A stretch of DNA of 58,456 bases, the filler included, from Bipalium vagum (Eukaryota): NCBI GenBank assembly GCA_037834085.1. It is 3 parts of 3 records of this genome, joined end to end, with 100 filler letters (N's around TTAATTAATTAA, not from the genome) between each part and the next. Parts side by side here need not be neighbours in the genome. Positions count along the whole stretch, not along the records: positions 1 to 17,682 come from JBBMKC010056062.1; positions 17,783 to 40,734 come from JBBMKC010215030.1; 1 more part is not named here. The stretch is one strand, 5' to 3'. The notes below the pieces were generated by a model that was not told the DNA's origin, searched no databases, and saw only the letters and a program-made list of their open reading frames with translations. Each line of letters begins with the position of its first letter. The first letter of the stretch is position 1. Of the stretch, positions 13,321-26,349 are shown piece by piece. Both the position numbers and the translations under genes were made by a program.

Positions 13321-14764
13321 GAATAGAAATATTATTTGTCGACATTAATTATAAAAAATGTTAACTTTTTATAAAAATATATTGTTAAATACAAAATGTT
13401 AAGATATTTTTTATTTTAATTGCACATCTAAAAGTGTACCCTAAAAATGAATTTGCTGAATATCAAATCAAATACTACAGAAAAGTCATATAACACTGAA
13501 ATATAATTTTTATTATCTCTTTTCAGGGAGGCTGAAGACATTTCAATAATCATTATTATATAATGCGATGTGTCCCTTTATAGCTATAACATTCTCATGT
13601 CTCAAAAGTAGTATTAATAAATTGAGAAAAGATTCTTCCATTCGAAAAAATATTTAGCTAGGAAAACAATGAGATTAACAAGAGATTAAATGGTTATCAT
13701 TTCCAAATTGAAAAATAATTTTCATTTCACATAATATTTAATTTTATACTATTGAAAATGAAAATATATCAAGATTAGAAATATCAATAAATAGTAACAA
13801 TAATAATGATAATGATAATAATAATAACCTAGTCATTTATTAACCTAATGGTAATTATAATTTAAATAAATAAATATAGATATATTTAGTAACAATTCTG
13901 ATGAAATAATAAAGAAAATGATATTATTATCCTTATTTATATTTTACAAATAAATATAATATTAAAAAACAGATTGTTTTACAGGAATGATGAAAAAGAT
14001 GTAGGCAGGTTCATTATCAAATAACAGAAACACAATATTCTCAGCAAAATATGATCTGATCAGAAGAAATCGATATATATGTTACTTATAAATTATTTTA
14101 CTTTGTATCAAAATAAATAAAATTAATTTATCAATTAATGTTTTTAATTTTAAGATTTCACAGACCATAAGATCCAATAGTTGAGGATAATCTTAAATAA
14201 TTCTTTTTAAATTTCAATGCTCATTAAATGATAATGAAAGTTTATTAATCAACTGAAATATCAATATTGAAATATTTTGCATTTTTTCTTAAAATATAAA
14301 TATCAATATTACATTATCAAGAAGTCAATTAGAAAAATCTTTCACGATAACCAGAAAAAATATGCATATTAAAATATTAAAGAAAAATTCAAGGCCAATT
14401 GGAATTTTTTTTCAAATAAAGCTAAATTATTAAATTTTTAATTAATAAAATTAAATTAATATGGATTAATTTTATTGAAAAGTAATCTTTTTTTAAATAC
14501 ATACGTTTCTTGACAAATATTTATAAACGTACAAAATTTTATTTATCTTAATCTATTTTGATATATGTTATGATCTTTTCATTCAGATCTTCAGCCGATT
14601 TTAATTTTTTTATACAAGAAAAATATTTGTTCAAAAATAATTGATTTTATGATTCCAATGTGTTTTTTTGATGATTCTATTAATACAGAAAACTATAACT
14701 TTTTATGATTTCATGTAAAATGAAAACCTCTTAAAAACCTTTAATATCCAAACCCTTACAAAAG

Positions 14765-14766
<2 letters not shown>

Positions 14767-14840
<74 letters not shown>
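14767..14840. repeat. (TTA)n microsatellite
   Basis: Direct reading. Confidence 0.95.
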
Positions 14841-15017
14841 GAAATGCTTACAAATATATAATTTTAATTTCACGCTTTAAAAGGATATATAAAATATATT
14901 AAAACAACACAAAATTATGATAAACTAACGTTAAATAAAATAGATTTATAAAATCGATTTTCATTTCTAAACAACCTAATATTATTAAATTAAAATCCTC
15001 AATCTTGTAAATTTTCA

Positions 15018-15195
15018 TTAAATTGCACAAGATTTTAAAATAAATTCAATACTTTAATAATACCTGGCCCCTAATATATACTAGTATTATTTATTTTTGT
15101 TTTCACAATCCTCTTATTTTTCTCTTTTGTTTACAGTTTACACAGCGGTTCGACTGGTAAATTGTCTCAGGACCTTTGCACAGCTGACTAGGTAA
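15018..15195 (+). repeat. Dispersed repeat, copy 2 (similar to 11588-11747)
   Basis: Same shared blocks as copy 1. Confidence 0.75.
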
Positions 15196-15329
15196 CTGTG
15201 AAATGATTTTATAACAATTTTGAGGTTTTATTTATTAAAGTGACAATTCTAATAGTTCATTAATGATGTATTTTGTAAGGACTAAATATCTTTTAAATGA
15301 ATCTTCAGATAGGTAGCTATTAATATCAT

Positions 15330-15720
15330 ATAATTGTCGATTTTTATCAAAAACAGACACAAGTTTATTGTGGATACTGAATTGTGTATATTTCTTAAAA
15401 AATTTTTGTAGAATATCATTCGTAATTTGAACAATGGAGTGTTTGCTGCAATAAATGTCTCACATAAATCCTTAGCAAATTGCGATTATTTAGAAATAAT
15501 ATTAACCGGACTTTTAAATTGTTGAACCTCCTTTTTCGATAATCTTAGTACTTTCATTTGCCAGTGTTTTGTGGACCTTAATGTTGTTTTACTAAAAACA
15601 ATCTTTCAGCTTTGATGCGACTTTTACAATAGAAAATTTTTTACCATCGGTTTTCAAATCATGGTATTTTCATACATAACCAAATAGTTATTTTGCTTGT
15701 TTTCGATATATTTCTATTAA
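15330..15720 (-). mobile_element. hAT-related (CGGBP1/DUF659-like) transposase N-terminal remnant
   Basis: Minus strand, frameshifted: DLKTDGKK...KQH.RSTKH...FAKDLCETFIAANTPLFKLRNDILQKFFKKYT. Contains the BED-like finger and the F..DL..AF.AANIPL motif. Confidence 0.6.
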
Positions 15721-17033
15721 AGATATGAAATTATGCGAATTATGGAAATTTTAATTATTTAAAATTGAATTATTTGAAGTTAGGTAGTTTATGATTTAAT
15801 AAATATTATTTAAACAAATATGTAAAAAATGAAAATATACTTTAAATATGTAATTATGCAGTAATATGAGTTTCATATTTTGGTTGCCACAGTAATTAGA
15901 TTAATTTATAATTTATTTAACCCGATAGTTTGAAGTGATTTTAAACTGTAACCATATAATAAATATTAGAATAAATAATTTATACAAAAAATGAAGAAAT
16001 ATCAAGGATTTTTTATAAAACAATTTCTCCATTTCATATTTAGATTTATCAAACCATAAAAGTATTAAGTTAAAAATTCTGAGTAAAGAGGAAATGCAAC
16101 AAAGTAAGCTCTATAACTGGTATGCAGAGAGATACTTGTTTCGGTAGCTTAGATTTGTCGACTTTCGACAGACCAGTACATCATCGTGACTTAGAGATTT
16201 AAGACTTTAAATAACATGTGACGAGATTTATCGTTTCATCAAAATATTAAAAATGGTGAATCTAAAATAAAGTAAATCGCTAAATCCTCACATATTGACA
16301 ATAGAAAAGACTACTTATAATAATTATAACATAAAAGTCCCCTATAATAAAAAAGAAATCATTATTAACTAACATCCTCAAAGATATAGGATGAAAGTAA
16401 AATCATCATTCATACATTTTACAACAAATATTTTATGTAATTTATTTCTACAAATGTTATATATTAAATATAAAATCTCAATTTATTTTTCTAAATTCAC
16501 TTCACATTTTTGGTAATCATTTTAGTAAAAAATTATCATTGGTAAAACTTAACTATGTCAAATTTTTGAAAAAAGAATCTTCACCTTAATTTGTTATTTA
16601 ATAGGTACTACTTTTTAAAATAATTTAATTGTCGGTTAGGAAATCCACATTTACTTTATCTTCAAGTGAGCTTGTGTGAAAATTTAATAAAGATATTCTT
16701 TAAAATAAGTTTGAGTATTTAAATTAAGTATACTTTGAAGGTAGCTAATTTAATACATATCTTTAGTTGGAGAGAAAATTTGAAAATGATTTATTCACAA
16801 AAAAGTTTAAAGAATTCAATTATAATGAAATATATAATTTATTTAGTGTTCTAATGAAATTAAAATTAATTTGTAATTACAATTTTATTTAATTGTATCA
16901 AAATACTATTTACTTTAGCGGATCGATTAGGAAGATATTATACAAACTTTATCAAAAACTTTCACATTTAGCTAACAAAATTTTCTAGAATTCATGTCAA
17001 CAAAATATTTATTAAAGGAATGGTTACTTGGTA

Positions 17034-17180
17034 TACCCTGTATAAAAATTGACCAATCAAAATTAATTTAAAATATTTAGTCGTCGAACCACATTAATTT
17101 CGACAAAATGGGTGAAATAGTTGAAAATTCGATAAACTAAATTTTAACTAACTTTTGATTGATCAATTTTTTACAGAGTA
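17034..17180. mobile_element. MITE (~147 bp) with ~30-bp TIRs
   Basis: Left taccctgtataaaaattgaccaatcaaaatta; right reverse complement tactctgtaaaaaattgatcaatcaaaagtta. Confidence 0.8.
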
Positions 17181-17682
17181 GATGAAGTACAATAGTAAAG
17201 ACTATTTTAAATGTCCATTCTCTTAAAATAGTTTAATTATTTAAAAATACGATAAATAAAGGCGTTGAAAGAGCGGTTATAACAATTCCATTTAATTTCA
17301 ATTAATTAAAAGTTTATTTCACTGAAAATAATGTTTTTTCTTACTAATTTTCTTTTATATTGACATGGATTCTACATTTACTCTAAATGGTTATCAAATC
17401 TATTTTCCGCCATACCTTATAGTTTATTGGAGACATCAAAATTTACAAAATTAAAAATAAGGAATCGACATCAGCTTTAAATGATAATTATAAGGGAAAA
17501 TAATAATAAATATTATTTACCTACAGTACCTGGCCATTGAAATAGACTCAAACAAAAAGTTTCGTGCTTTAGTCGTAAATTCAATTTCTAAAATATTTTT
17601 TTACATAATTCATTATTAAATGCAAGAATAATAATTTATTAAAATGGAAAACACTAAAAAATATATACTACATATGACCATG

Positions 17683-17782
17683 NNNNNNNNNNNNNNNNNN
17701 NNNNNNNNNNNNNNNNNNNNNNNNNNTTAATTAATTAANNNNNNNNNNNNNNNNNNNNNNNNNNNNNNNNNNNNNNNNNNNN
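17683..17782. other. Assembly spacer N44-TTAATTAATTAA-N44
   Basis: Exactly 100 nt, with a palindromic six-frame stop linker. Identical to the spacer at 40735. Confidence 0.97.
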
Positions 17783-17859
17783 ATTATTATATGTATTACT
17801 ATTATTATTATAATGATTATTTTTATTATTATATTTAGTTTTATTATTATTATTATTTA

Positions 17860-18520
17860 TCAACAATTTTTTGTGGTCTCCATCTTTAATGCCCACTTCT
17901 CATCGATTGTCATGATTCTCTTAATGAAGCGACTGTCAAATGGATTTTTCAAAAAATCTTTGCAGATATCCACACTTCGTAGAGCATTTTTCACTCTTAA
18001 ATCATAAGGTATTTCTCGGCACCATCTGTTTACCTTTACATGAAAATGTGAATGTCTGCATATGGCGGATTTTGAAGGCTCTAATTGTGCTGATAATTTC
18101 CGGGTAGTAGTTCTTAGATTCTTTTCAACGGCCTCCACCAGAGCTTTTGAATGCACTATGGATGGTCTCCCGGAATAACAGATTGGTGTCTCCGTTAGAA
18201 AAGCTTTTAGACCAAGTTTGTGCTGTACGATTAATGACACTATTCACACTTTCCACAGCATTGATCATTCGAACAGCCTCTGTAGGTTTTACGTCTTTTT
18301 TCCAATAATGGCACAAAAGCACTTGAAAATAATATTTTGAATCAATTTTTAAATTCCAATTCGACCTTAAAAATTTAAATATATTTATGAGCTGTAGTTA
18401 ATTTAAAAGACAGAAAAATCTCCTTACGGTCCACATATAAATTGATTTCTTGAATTTTATTAAATTAAAATGATTTCATGGCAAACATTTTCAAACGACA
18501 TTTTTTTGGACACCATAATA
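17860..18520 (-). mobile_element. Mariner element 5' half (frameshifted transposase)
   Basis: ORFs 18125-18322 (HTH: EAVRMINAV...RTAQTWSKSFSNGD) and 17860-18240 (SGRP...IPYDL...FIKRIMTIDEKW, first catalytic Asp). TIR-like end ttttttggacaccataata near 18501-18520. Confidence 0.85.
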
Positions 18521-19060
18521 TTTAGCTCCGGCAAACACGTTTGGGCCGAGCAGAATAATTAAAGCTTCCGGATTGACATTATTATAATGGAAATGGAGTG
18601 CAGTTGAGCCACGCAGAGATGTAGAGCTTGTGCGATTTGTATTGAGAGCAGTCGCAGAGTCAATTATTCAGCTCAGACGACTAAGGTCTGGTTAAGCTGG
18701 ATAATTGAAGGCTCCGGGTTTCTGCATAGGCAAAGCCAGAAGATATCCTTGCTAGGGTTAGTGATTAGTCAATGGATAAAACTGGAGAGTATATAAGCAC
18801 CACCAGATTGTCCACAGTAAGAGCAAAATCAAGCCGAACAAAATTAATGAGAACAAAGCCAGAACAAAATTGAAACAAAAACAAATTCAAACACAACAAA
18901 ATTAAGCCGAGAACAAGGAAAAAAGCGAATTGATTCAAAAATGATATTATTATGAAGTAATTTTTTTGTGGTGAATAAATTGATTCGAACGAACCATTAT
19001 TTGGAATTTGGAGTCAGAATTAACTTTTGGTCAACATTCATTTGAATAAGAACCAAAATA
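18521..19060 (+). mobile_element. Candidate solo LTR
   Basis: Non-coding block more GC-rich than its flanks. Contains a TATA box (TATATAA 18790-18796), short internal repeats (aagccgaacaaaatt/aagccagaacaaaatt/aagccgagaacaa) and AATAAA at 18974. The TG...CA termini are not intact. Confidence 0.45.
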
Positions 19061-19699
19061 TAAAATTGTTATACTTAAAGTATAATATTGTGAAAAATAT
19101 TTTTGAAGTAAAAATTAGTTTATAAATAAAATAATATATATTATTAATAATATATTGACAAGGTGAATTCACAAAGATTTGTTAAATATATTTTCTCTTC
19201 AAAAAATTATTTTTATCTCAGTTGGAGATTTTTAATATTTTTAACGTCTCAATTTTAACCAAAAAAGATATTTAATGATAGATTTCACAAGAGAAATCGG
19301 AAATTTAATTTCACGATTCCTCCTCAAAATTTACATTTTATATGAGAAATTCAATTGTTTTTATTTGGTTATTTTCAATAATAAAAAATCAAACTCTTTT
19401 CATTTTAAGATGTCCTGAAATGTAAAAGAATCTTTTTTAAATAAATCATTATTGCTTAAAAGATTTCCGAATTTAAGGACTGGAAGACCAATTGAGATCG
19501 AATCAACTTTTGTCATAAAATTAAAGTAATCATTTTTATTCTAATAGGTTTATGCATAAGTTTTAGTCCTTTTGGACATTGTTTAAATAATCCAAATAAT
19601 AATCTAACAATTCCCGCCAAATTATATTTTGATAATTTAGATATTAAATTTTGTGAGACGTTTATTATTTTGATGTAGTTTTTTCAAATATCGTTGAAA

Positions 19700-20045
19700 A
19701 TGAGTGACGAAACAATATACATTCAACACTAGATCAAAGTAAAAATGATGCTGAAGCATTTAAATCGATATGCTCTATTCTTGGGAAGAATGCAGTTGTA
19801 AATACAATCAATGTAATTTTTGGTTCTTTAGATTTAAAAGAAATTTTGACGACACTGATAGCGTAGAAATGTGTGCTCCACGAAGCTTTGAATCTAAAAA
19901 CTTGAAAGCATGCTGAATGAGAATAATGTCCAGATGCAAGTAAAACTCGCCAAACAATTGTAAGTTAACTAACTCACTATTAACAGACGGTTACACGAAA
20001 TGAAAAAAATTCAGAAGCTTGTAAAGTGGATTCCACATGAACTGT
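19700..20045 (+). mobile_element. Mariner N-terminal remnant
   Basis: Degenerate HTH region ending RRLHEMKKIQKLVKWIPHEL (WVPHEL motif). Confidence 0.75.
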
Positions 20046-20599
20046 GAATCTCTTATCAATTATCTTTTGAATAATTTAACGAAGTTGTAAACACTTGTTT
20101 TGCTATAGCTCAACTAATTAATAATTTATTTTGTCGTTTTCCCGACTTGAAACGATTCCACAACCATATGTAGAAAAAATTATCCTAATTACTATTATCT
20201 TAATCTTAAAATCAGGTTAGTTAAACAATGATGTTAGATGGTTTATATAAAAATATAATATTTATTACAACATTGAAAATATTCCCAATTTATCTTGAAC
20301 ACACGTCCTTTCTTCTTGGTCAATCTTATATTCTGTTTTCCATTCTTTCCATAATATTTTTCGTTAAAGTGTACTATCATTGTGATATAAGGTTTATATA
20401 TGCGTTAGGTATTTTTATCAATGTCATTAGTTGATGGGTTTCAAAAGTATTCTCAATAAAGTAAACTACGAAAAGACAAGAACTCAACGATATATGACAA
20501 TCACAAAATGTCTGTTAGAATTTACATGATACAGACTTAGTATTCTTTGGACAATTTTAAAAGTATAAATCGCTTTGGAGAAAAGAAATAAATAAGAAA

Positions 20600-20800
20600 C
20601 TCAAAATAATTAGCATATTATAGACGTAATTGATATTTTCTTCAAACGTAGCTGTTTCTCGACGTCCAGTATGTGATTTATTGCCATACTTTGAGCAAAC
20701 TCTTGAATTTAGCTACCAAATTTTTATCATGGCATACATTCAATGTCATCGAAAATTTTTTTACCGCTTAAATATTTTTATACAAACACAATTCAATTAC
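20600..20800 (-). mobile_element. Tc1/mariner (DD41D-type) N-terminal HTH remnant
   Basis: Minus strand, frameshifted: IKNLVAKFK...NKSHTGRRETATFEENINYV, resembling the KF..TGSV...GRP.....EENI pattern. Confidence 0.4.
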
Positions 20801-22579
20801 TATACAAAGCTTAAATTGTTCAATTTTTGAAATAACGCCAAATAAACCGGTTTAAAAATCAGTATAAAAAAATGTAGTAGATCAACTTCTAATTTTATAT
20901 ATTGACATTGTTTAAACAATCAATATCAATAGAAAATTTGATAGTTCAGCTTCTAATTATAGATATTGACATTGATATAGTCCACTTAAAAATAATGTTT
21001 ACATTTACTAAGGGACTTTGTTATCTAACTGAGGCTAAATTTTTTTAACTCACCAAATAATTTAAGATCAAAAGTAAGTAGAATTGAAACCACGAAAGAA
21101 TTTCAGAAAAAGTAGTTAAATTTTTAAAATAATATTGTGAAAAAATTCTATTATGAAAATTTATTTTATATTTTTATGAATATTTATTTTATGAAAATTT
21201 ATTAAAATATTTTTATATGGAATTGGTAAAATTATTATATTATTTCTTTACTTATTGTTTTGAGATTTGATTTTCAATAAAATAAAAAGACCATAGAGAG
21301 CTCTACACCAAGTCAACTGAAACCAGGTCGGAAAATTGAAGGCTCTGAAAAAGTTTCAATGCAAAAATAAAAAATAAATAAAATATAACGAATACCAAAA
21401 ATTGCCTTAGGAACCATAACAAATGAATGTTTAACGATGGGCCATAAATGTCAGAAGCTGCATTTCATTATTCAGAACAACTGTGCTACAAACTGCAGAT
21501 AAATTAAATTTATGGTCTTATAGTTTTATAAGTAATTTTGCGAACATTAATATAACAATTACACCGTTTGACATTAGCTAATTAAATTTGACAACCTTAT
21601 AGAGTATAATGGTAAATCCTAATTAATTCTCAGGCTAAAACTGACAAGATTCGTTGAGTTTCATCGACATCTAACTGAATATCAATCACTGCTTATGATC
21701 TCATTTAGCGTAGTTTTATGAAAAAAAACAAAATTCATTCAAAAATATTCTTGAAATGTAAAAAATGAAATCATTTCGGTTTTTTATTATTAATTATTAA
21801 GCGTTTCGCTGTTCAGTTCAGCCTCTCCAGTAAGGGTTGGCTATCAGTGGAATCCGGATTAAGGAGTAGAAAGAATAATTTTTTTTTGGAAATATTTTGA
21901 TTTAATTTTTTGAAAATTTTCAAGAAATATTTTAAAAACTGAAAATGAAATCCACAAAATTCCAGGAATAATGGAAAAATAATAGTTTACGGAGGACTCT
22001 TAAAATAGGCGTTCAAAAATAATTTATTAGCGATGAAAAGTGAATTAATTGCTAGTGGGGGATGGTGAGCGATTTAAAGTTTGTTTATCACTTTTATGCC
22101 TCATTAAAGTAATAGATCTGAGTATTTATATTTTGTGACCTAGAAAGTTTCCCCCGTTTCGTAATTGGCTGTTTTAATTTGAATTACAGTCAATATGTAC
22201 GTTCGAAATTCGATTTTAATAAATCCGTTAGTGAAATCAAATCGTTATAAAAATAATTATAATATCATTTGTTTATTCGAATTAAAAGATATCGCAAAAA
22301 TTCAAAGTAAAGAAGAAATTCGTTGCGTTATGAATTTTTATTTCCTGAAATGAGGAAATGCTACTATATTCATCAAAAAATATATCTTTTATGAGTTTGA
22401 TATCAAATTAGAAAGAATGGTGAGAAGTGATTCGCATGATTTAGTCATGAAAATTTGAAATGAAAGATGAACATTATTTCATCCGACCAATAGGAGATAA
22501 AGACAACAAAATCATAAAAATAATCAAGCTAGACATAATCAGTTAAATTACTAAATCAAATCTGTTCAAAGCAAAACGT

Positions 22580-23072
22580 ACTGCTAATATTACCCTAACG
22601 AGTTCAATGTGAACTCTAACGGTCAACTTTATTGGAAACTATGCTTAGAGATTGTGCTTTGTGGCAAAGTACTCTGTGGAACCCCATAAAAGCTCAAAAA
22701 ACACCAAAAGTTTGTATTGGTGCAATCCCCGAACCAAATTAAATAAAAATCAATGAGCCATTGGAACAAATTCATTGACACTTCTATAATATGTCAAATC
22801 ATTGCTGAAAACATACAAAAAATGAACATACCTGGCAAAAGTTTTTACTTTTGGTATCTGATGCCTCATCTTTTATGATATCTGCTGGAAAGGCTTTGAA
22901 AGTTTTCTACACACGACTTATTCATCTAACTTGCATGTCACATTTACTGCAAAATTGTGCATTAAGAATAAAATCATATTATAATGATGTTGATTTCTTG
23001 ATTTCTAGCCTAAAAGCTGCATTAACAAAGAGCCAGACCAAGGAAGAGATGTTTAAAAATATTGGGTGTTAA
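22580..23072 (+). mobile_element. hAT-related (CGGBP1/DUF659-like) transposase remnant, internally deleted
   Basis: YPNEFNVNSNGQLYWKLC...HKSSKKHQK (BED-like finger) joined to LVSDASSFMISAGKALKVFYTRLIHLTCMSHLLQNCALRIK (SDAA.YM..AG and H.TC..H motifs). Confidence 0.75.
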
Positions 23073-24819
23073 CTTTTTTATATACCGTATGTTGGCGGAT
23101 ATTTCATATAACTCAAAATACATTAAAATGTCGATGAATTATAATCATCAAGGTAATATGTAAAATTTTTAAAAACTATTATTATTACTATTACTATTAC
23201 TATTAATAATAATAATATTATTATTATTTCTATTATTATTATTATCATTATTATTATTATTTTATTTTACCATTGCTATATTTTAGATAACAAAACTTTG
23301 AATTGACAAAACACTTAAGAATCAAGATTACTAAAAATAAATAAAATTATATTAATATATAATAATTATTTCTTATACTTTAAAATTGAAGTAACTTTCT
23401 AAAATTGTTTATGTCAATTTTCTCAATCATTCAGAGGTAATTTATGTTGAAGTAAAATAATTTTGACAGGTACCTTAATTGGTTACACGTCGATAAGGTG
23501 AAGGTTATCATAATACATAAGACAAAGTCCACAAAGGATCCATATACGAATCTTGTTAAAAGTCAACTTAAAATTGGCTCTATTAGGCTTCAGTACGATA
23601 TGTAAAAATCAGTTCCTTTTATTTGTGAACAAGGTTGGTACCTGAGTTGAGTGTTTATTGTTTTTATTTTATTACCATTAAATTATGATTTGTATGGAGA
23701 AGTTCAGCTATTATAATATATTATTATATGACTTTAAAAGATGAATGTCTGATCTAATGTAAAACCTACAGTCTATTTTGCTACTTCACCCTGACAATCC
23801 ATTTCTACATAAGATAATTCTGCTGGTAAAGAACTGAGGATAAGGTACGGAAATTTCAATCCATCAATTGTTGTTCTTTTAGTCTTCTACATCCAAGGTA
23901 TCAGGTTTAACTAAAAGACATGGAAACGTGTGGATAAAAAAAGAAATAGTAAACAAAAATATTGAACATAACAGCGGCCAAGTTACATTAAAAATAAAAT
24001 GTAAACATTAATGGTAACGCAGTCACGGTCCACAAATATCAAAGAAGATAAATCACAATAAGAACACCCACCATTAATCAAATTCTTTCAAGGTAATGTC
24101 AGTCAGTGATTATATTGATAATAGTACAATAATCAATAATAATTAATCTGGATTAATAATGATTTATGTCAAATAGTGACAAAAATCAATTTCGAACTAT
24201 TTGCTAAAGCTACTCACCTTGTTACTGTCATCTGGTCTACTGTCTTCTGTCATCCCACGTGTTATATTAGATGGCAGTTCTGATACCATGGACACCTTCA
24301 ACAGTATTCCATTCACCACTATTATCGTTTATGAAGTGTAGAAAATGAATATTTTCAAAAGAAATGAAATTGTAAAAAAAAATGAAATTGTAAAAAAAAA
24401 TTGCAAAATAATTCTCCAACATTTTACTCCTAAACCTCCTTTTTCGTGTGTAATTATATTGAGAATTTTAATCAAAAACTCTGAGCAGAATTATTTTCAC
24501 CGATGATTACTTCATGATAACAAAACAGTTGAGGGGCATTCTCAAGTATCTATTGAACTATTCCAGCTACCATTTCTTAGTGATCTTAGAAGGATAATTA
24601 TTTTTTCCACGTGGAAATAACTGATATATTTCCAGACTTGAAATAATAATATTATTATGAATAATAATAAAAATAATAATATTGCCTGGTTGTCCCGAAA
24701 GTCTTTGTGCATAAAGTTTTCTGGAGATGTAAACAGATTTAATATCATAACCTTAATTGAATAACCTTAATAAGGTTCATATCATTTGTCAAACCATATA
24801 TGCATATATCATGTCTTTT

Positions 24820-25080
24820 AAACTAGAATAAAGACGTTAGTTCACGAAGACTAAGACAAAGTGGAAGGAGGGCTTTCTTTCCCGATCTGGAAGATAAACT
24901 TTTTCAACGGTTCAAGGAAGAGCAATGCATTCACGAGACAATTGTCAATAATAGGAGCTTAAGAGAAAAGGCTGATGAAATCTAAAAAGGAATTAAACAT
25001 CCGAGTTTAAATGGAGCGATAAGTGGACTTTTAATTTTCGTAAATGATACTCTTTACTCAATGAAGAATTACACATGTTG
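24820..25080 (+). mobile_element. pogo/Tigger-like CENP-B HTH remnant
   Basis: RRLRQSGRRAFFPDLEDKLFQRFKE, followed by a degenerate FK.S..W motif. Confidence 0.55.
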
Positions 25081-26349
25081 GACTATAAAGAGATAATCGT
25101 CGTTCTTATTCAGATCTGTCAAATGTCACCTTGCTGATTGACGTTTCAAACTGTTGTGGGGTTTCAAAACCCGTATCTCAAGTGCATAATACATATCGAT
25201 AATAATACACATTTGTTACATATTGAATTTATTCATGATTTTCGTACATATTTTTATTTTAGTTATGGTTAGTTTGAAAATATAAATAAAAAGTACAAAA
25301 GTCAAAATATACAGCCTATCGTAATAACAAGACTAAACTAATATAAAGAATTATTAAGAAAATTTCCTGTACCTACCAAAGATATGGAACGTTAAAACCT
25401 CCACGTAGGCTGGATATTACCTCTAGTTTTACAAATTATTTTCCGTATAAAACATTCAGTTAAAGACAAAGGTTCTAGTATTGCCAACATTGGTCTAGGC
25501 CATAGACTGTATGGTGTCTTCGAAAAACAAAATTCCAGATATTCTGTATGGTAAAATTTAACTGTCAATTAAGAATTTGACACCACTTTGTTGACTTGAA
25601 ACCTTTTCTCAAATTCAGAACGTCTAACAATGTATTTTTTTTGTTTAGAAACGGTAGGGTCCACAGACCATCAACTCATACCGGTTGGTCGAATTTTTTA
25701 GTGTAAATTGAAAAATCAAATTGAAAAAAATTTTTTGATTTCAACATTTTTTGATATTATCTGTCAATTATTCGATAATCGGAAAATAAAGTTTGAAAAA
25801 CTGTTTACAAAGTTTTTTCGATAAATCACTGTTTTTCATATACGGTCACTCGACTGTAACTTCACACTTTTGGGATCAACAAAATTAAGAATTTTTGAAT
25901 TGGGAAATTCTACTTGGTGAAGACATCAATTCAATCAGAACTGATTGCTCAACCTTTTTATTTTAAGAAATCTCATAAAGTGGCCTGTCTTTTTTGATTT
26001 GGTCTTCTTATTTCCATCTCCATTTGTATTGAATGCAATTCTTTAATTGTTGTCCAATTTTCTTGAGACTGTTACTCTAAATATAGTATCAATCGATTAC
26101 ACGAATCTAATGAATCCGAATGAGAAATATTATGTGATATTTATCCTTATCCTTTATATTTATCATTATGTGAAATATCCTTAAGCGCAACACTTTCACG
26201 ACTGTCTGTATCGTTTGATGTATCAATATCTTCTTCATTTTTGAATTGATATGTTTGAATCAATTATTGCATATTGATTTGCACCCAAATGACTGTGAAC
26301 AGTAATAAATTAAATGTTCTTTAGACATTTTCCCTGCAAAAGTTTCTTC

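Noticed and set aside
13975-14070. Minus-strand ...AYIFFIIPV as a TM5 exon of the left GPCR
   Set aside because: Weak splice sites and insufficient similarity; cannot be supported.
16080-16240. Possible RT fragment (DLS.FD..H)
   Set aside because: Too short and degenerate to call.
17727-17738. Palindromic TTAATTAATTAA inside N runs as a biological motif
   Set aside because: The identical 44N-12-44N layout occurs twice; it is an assembly linker.
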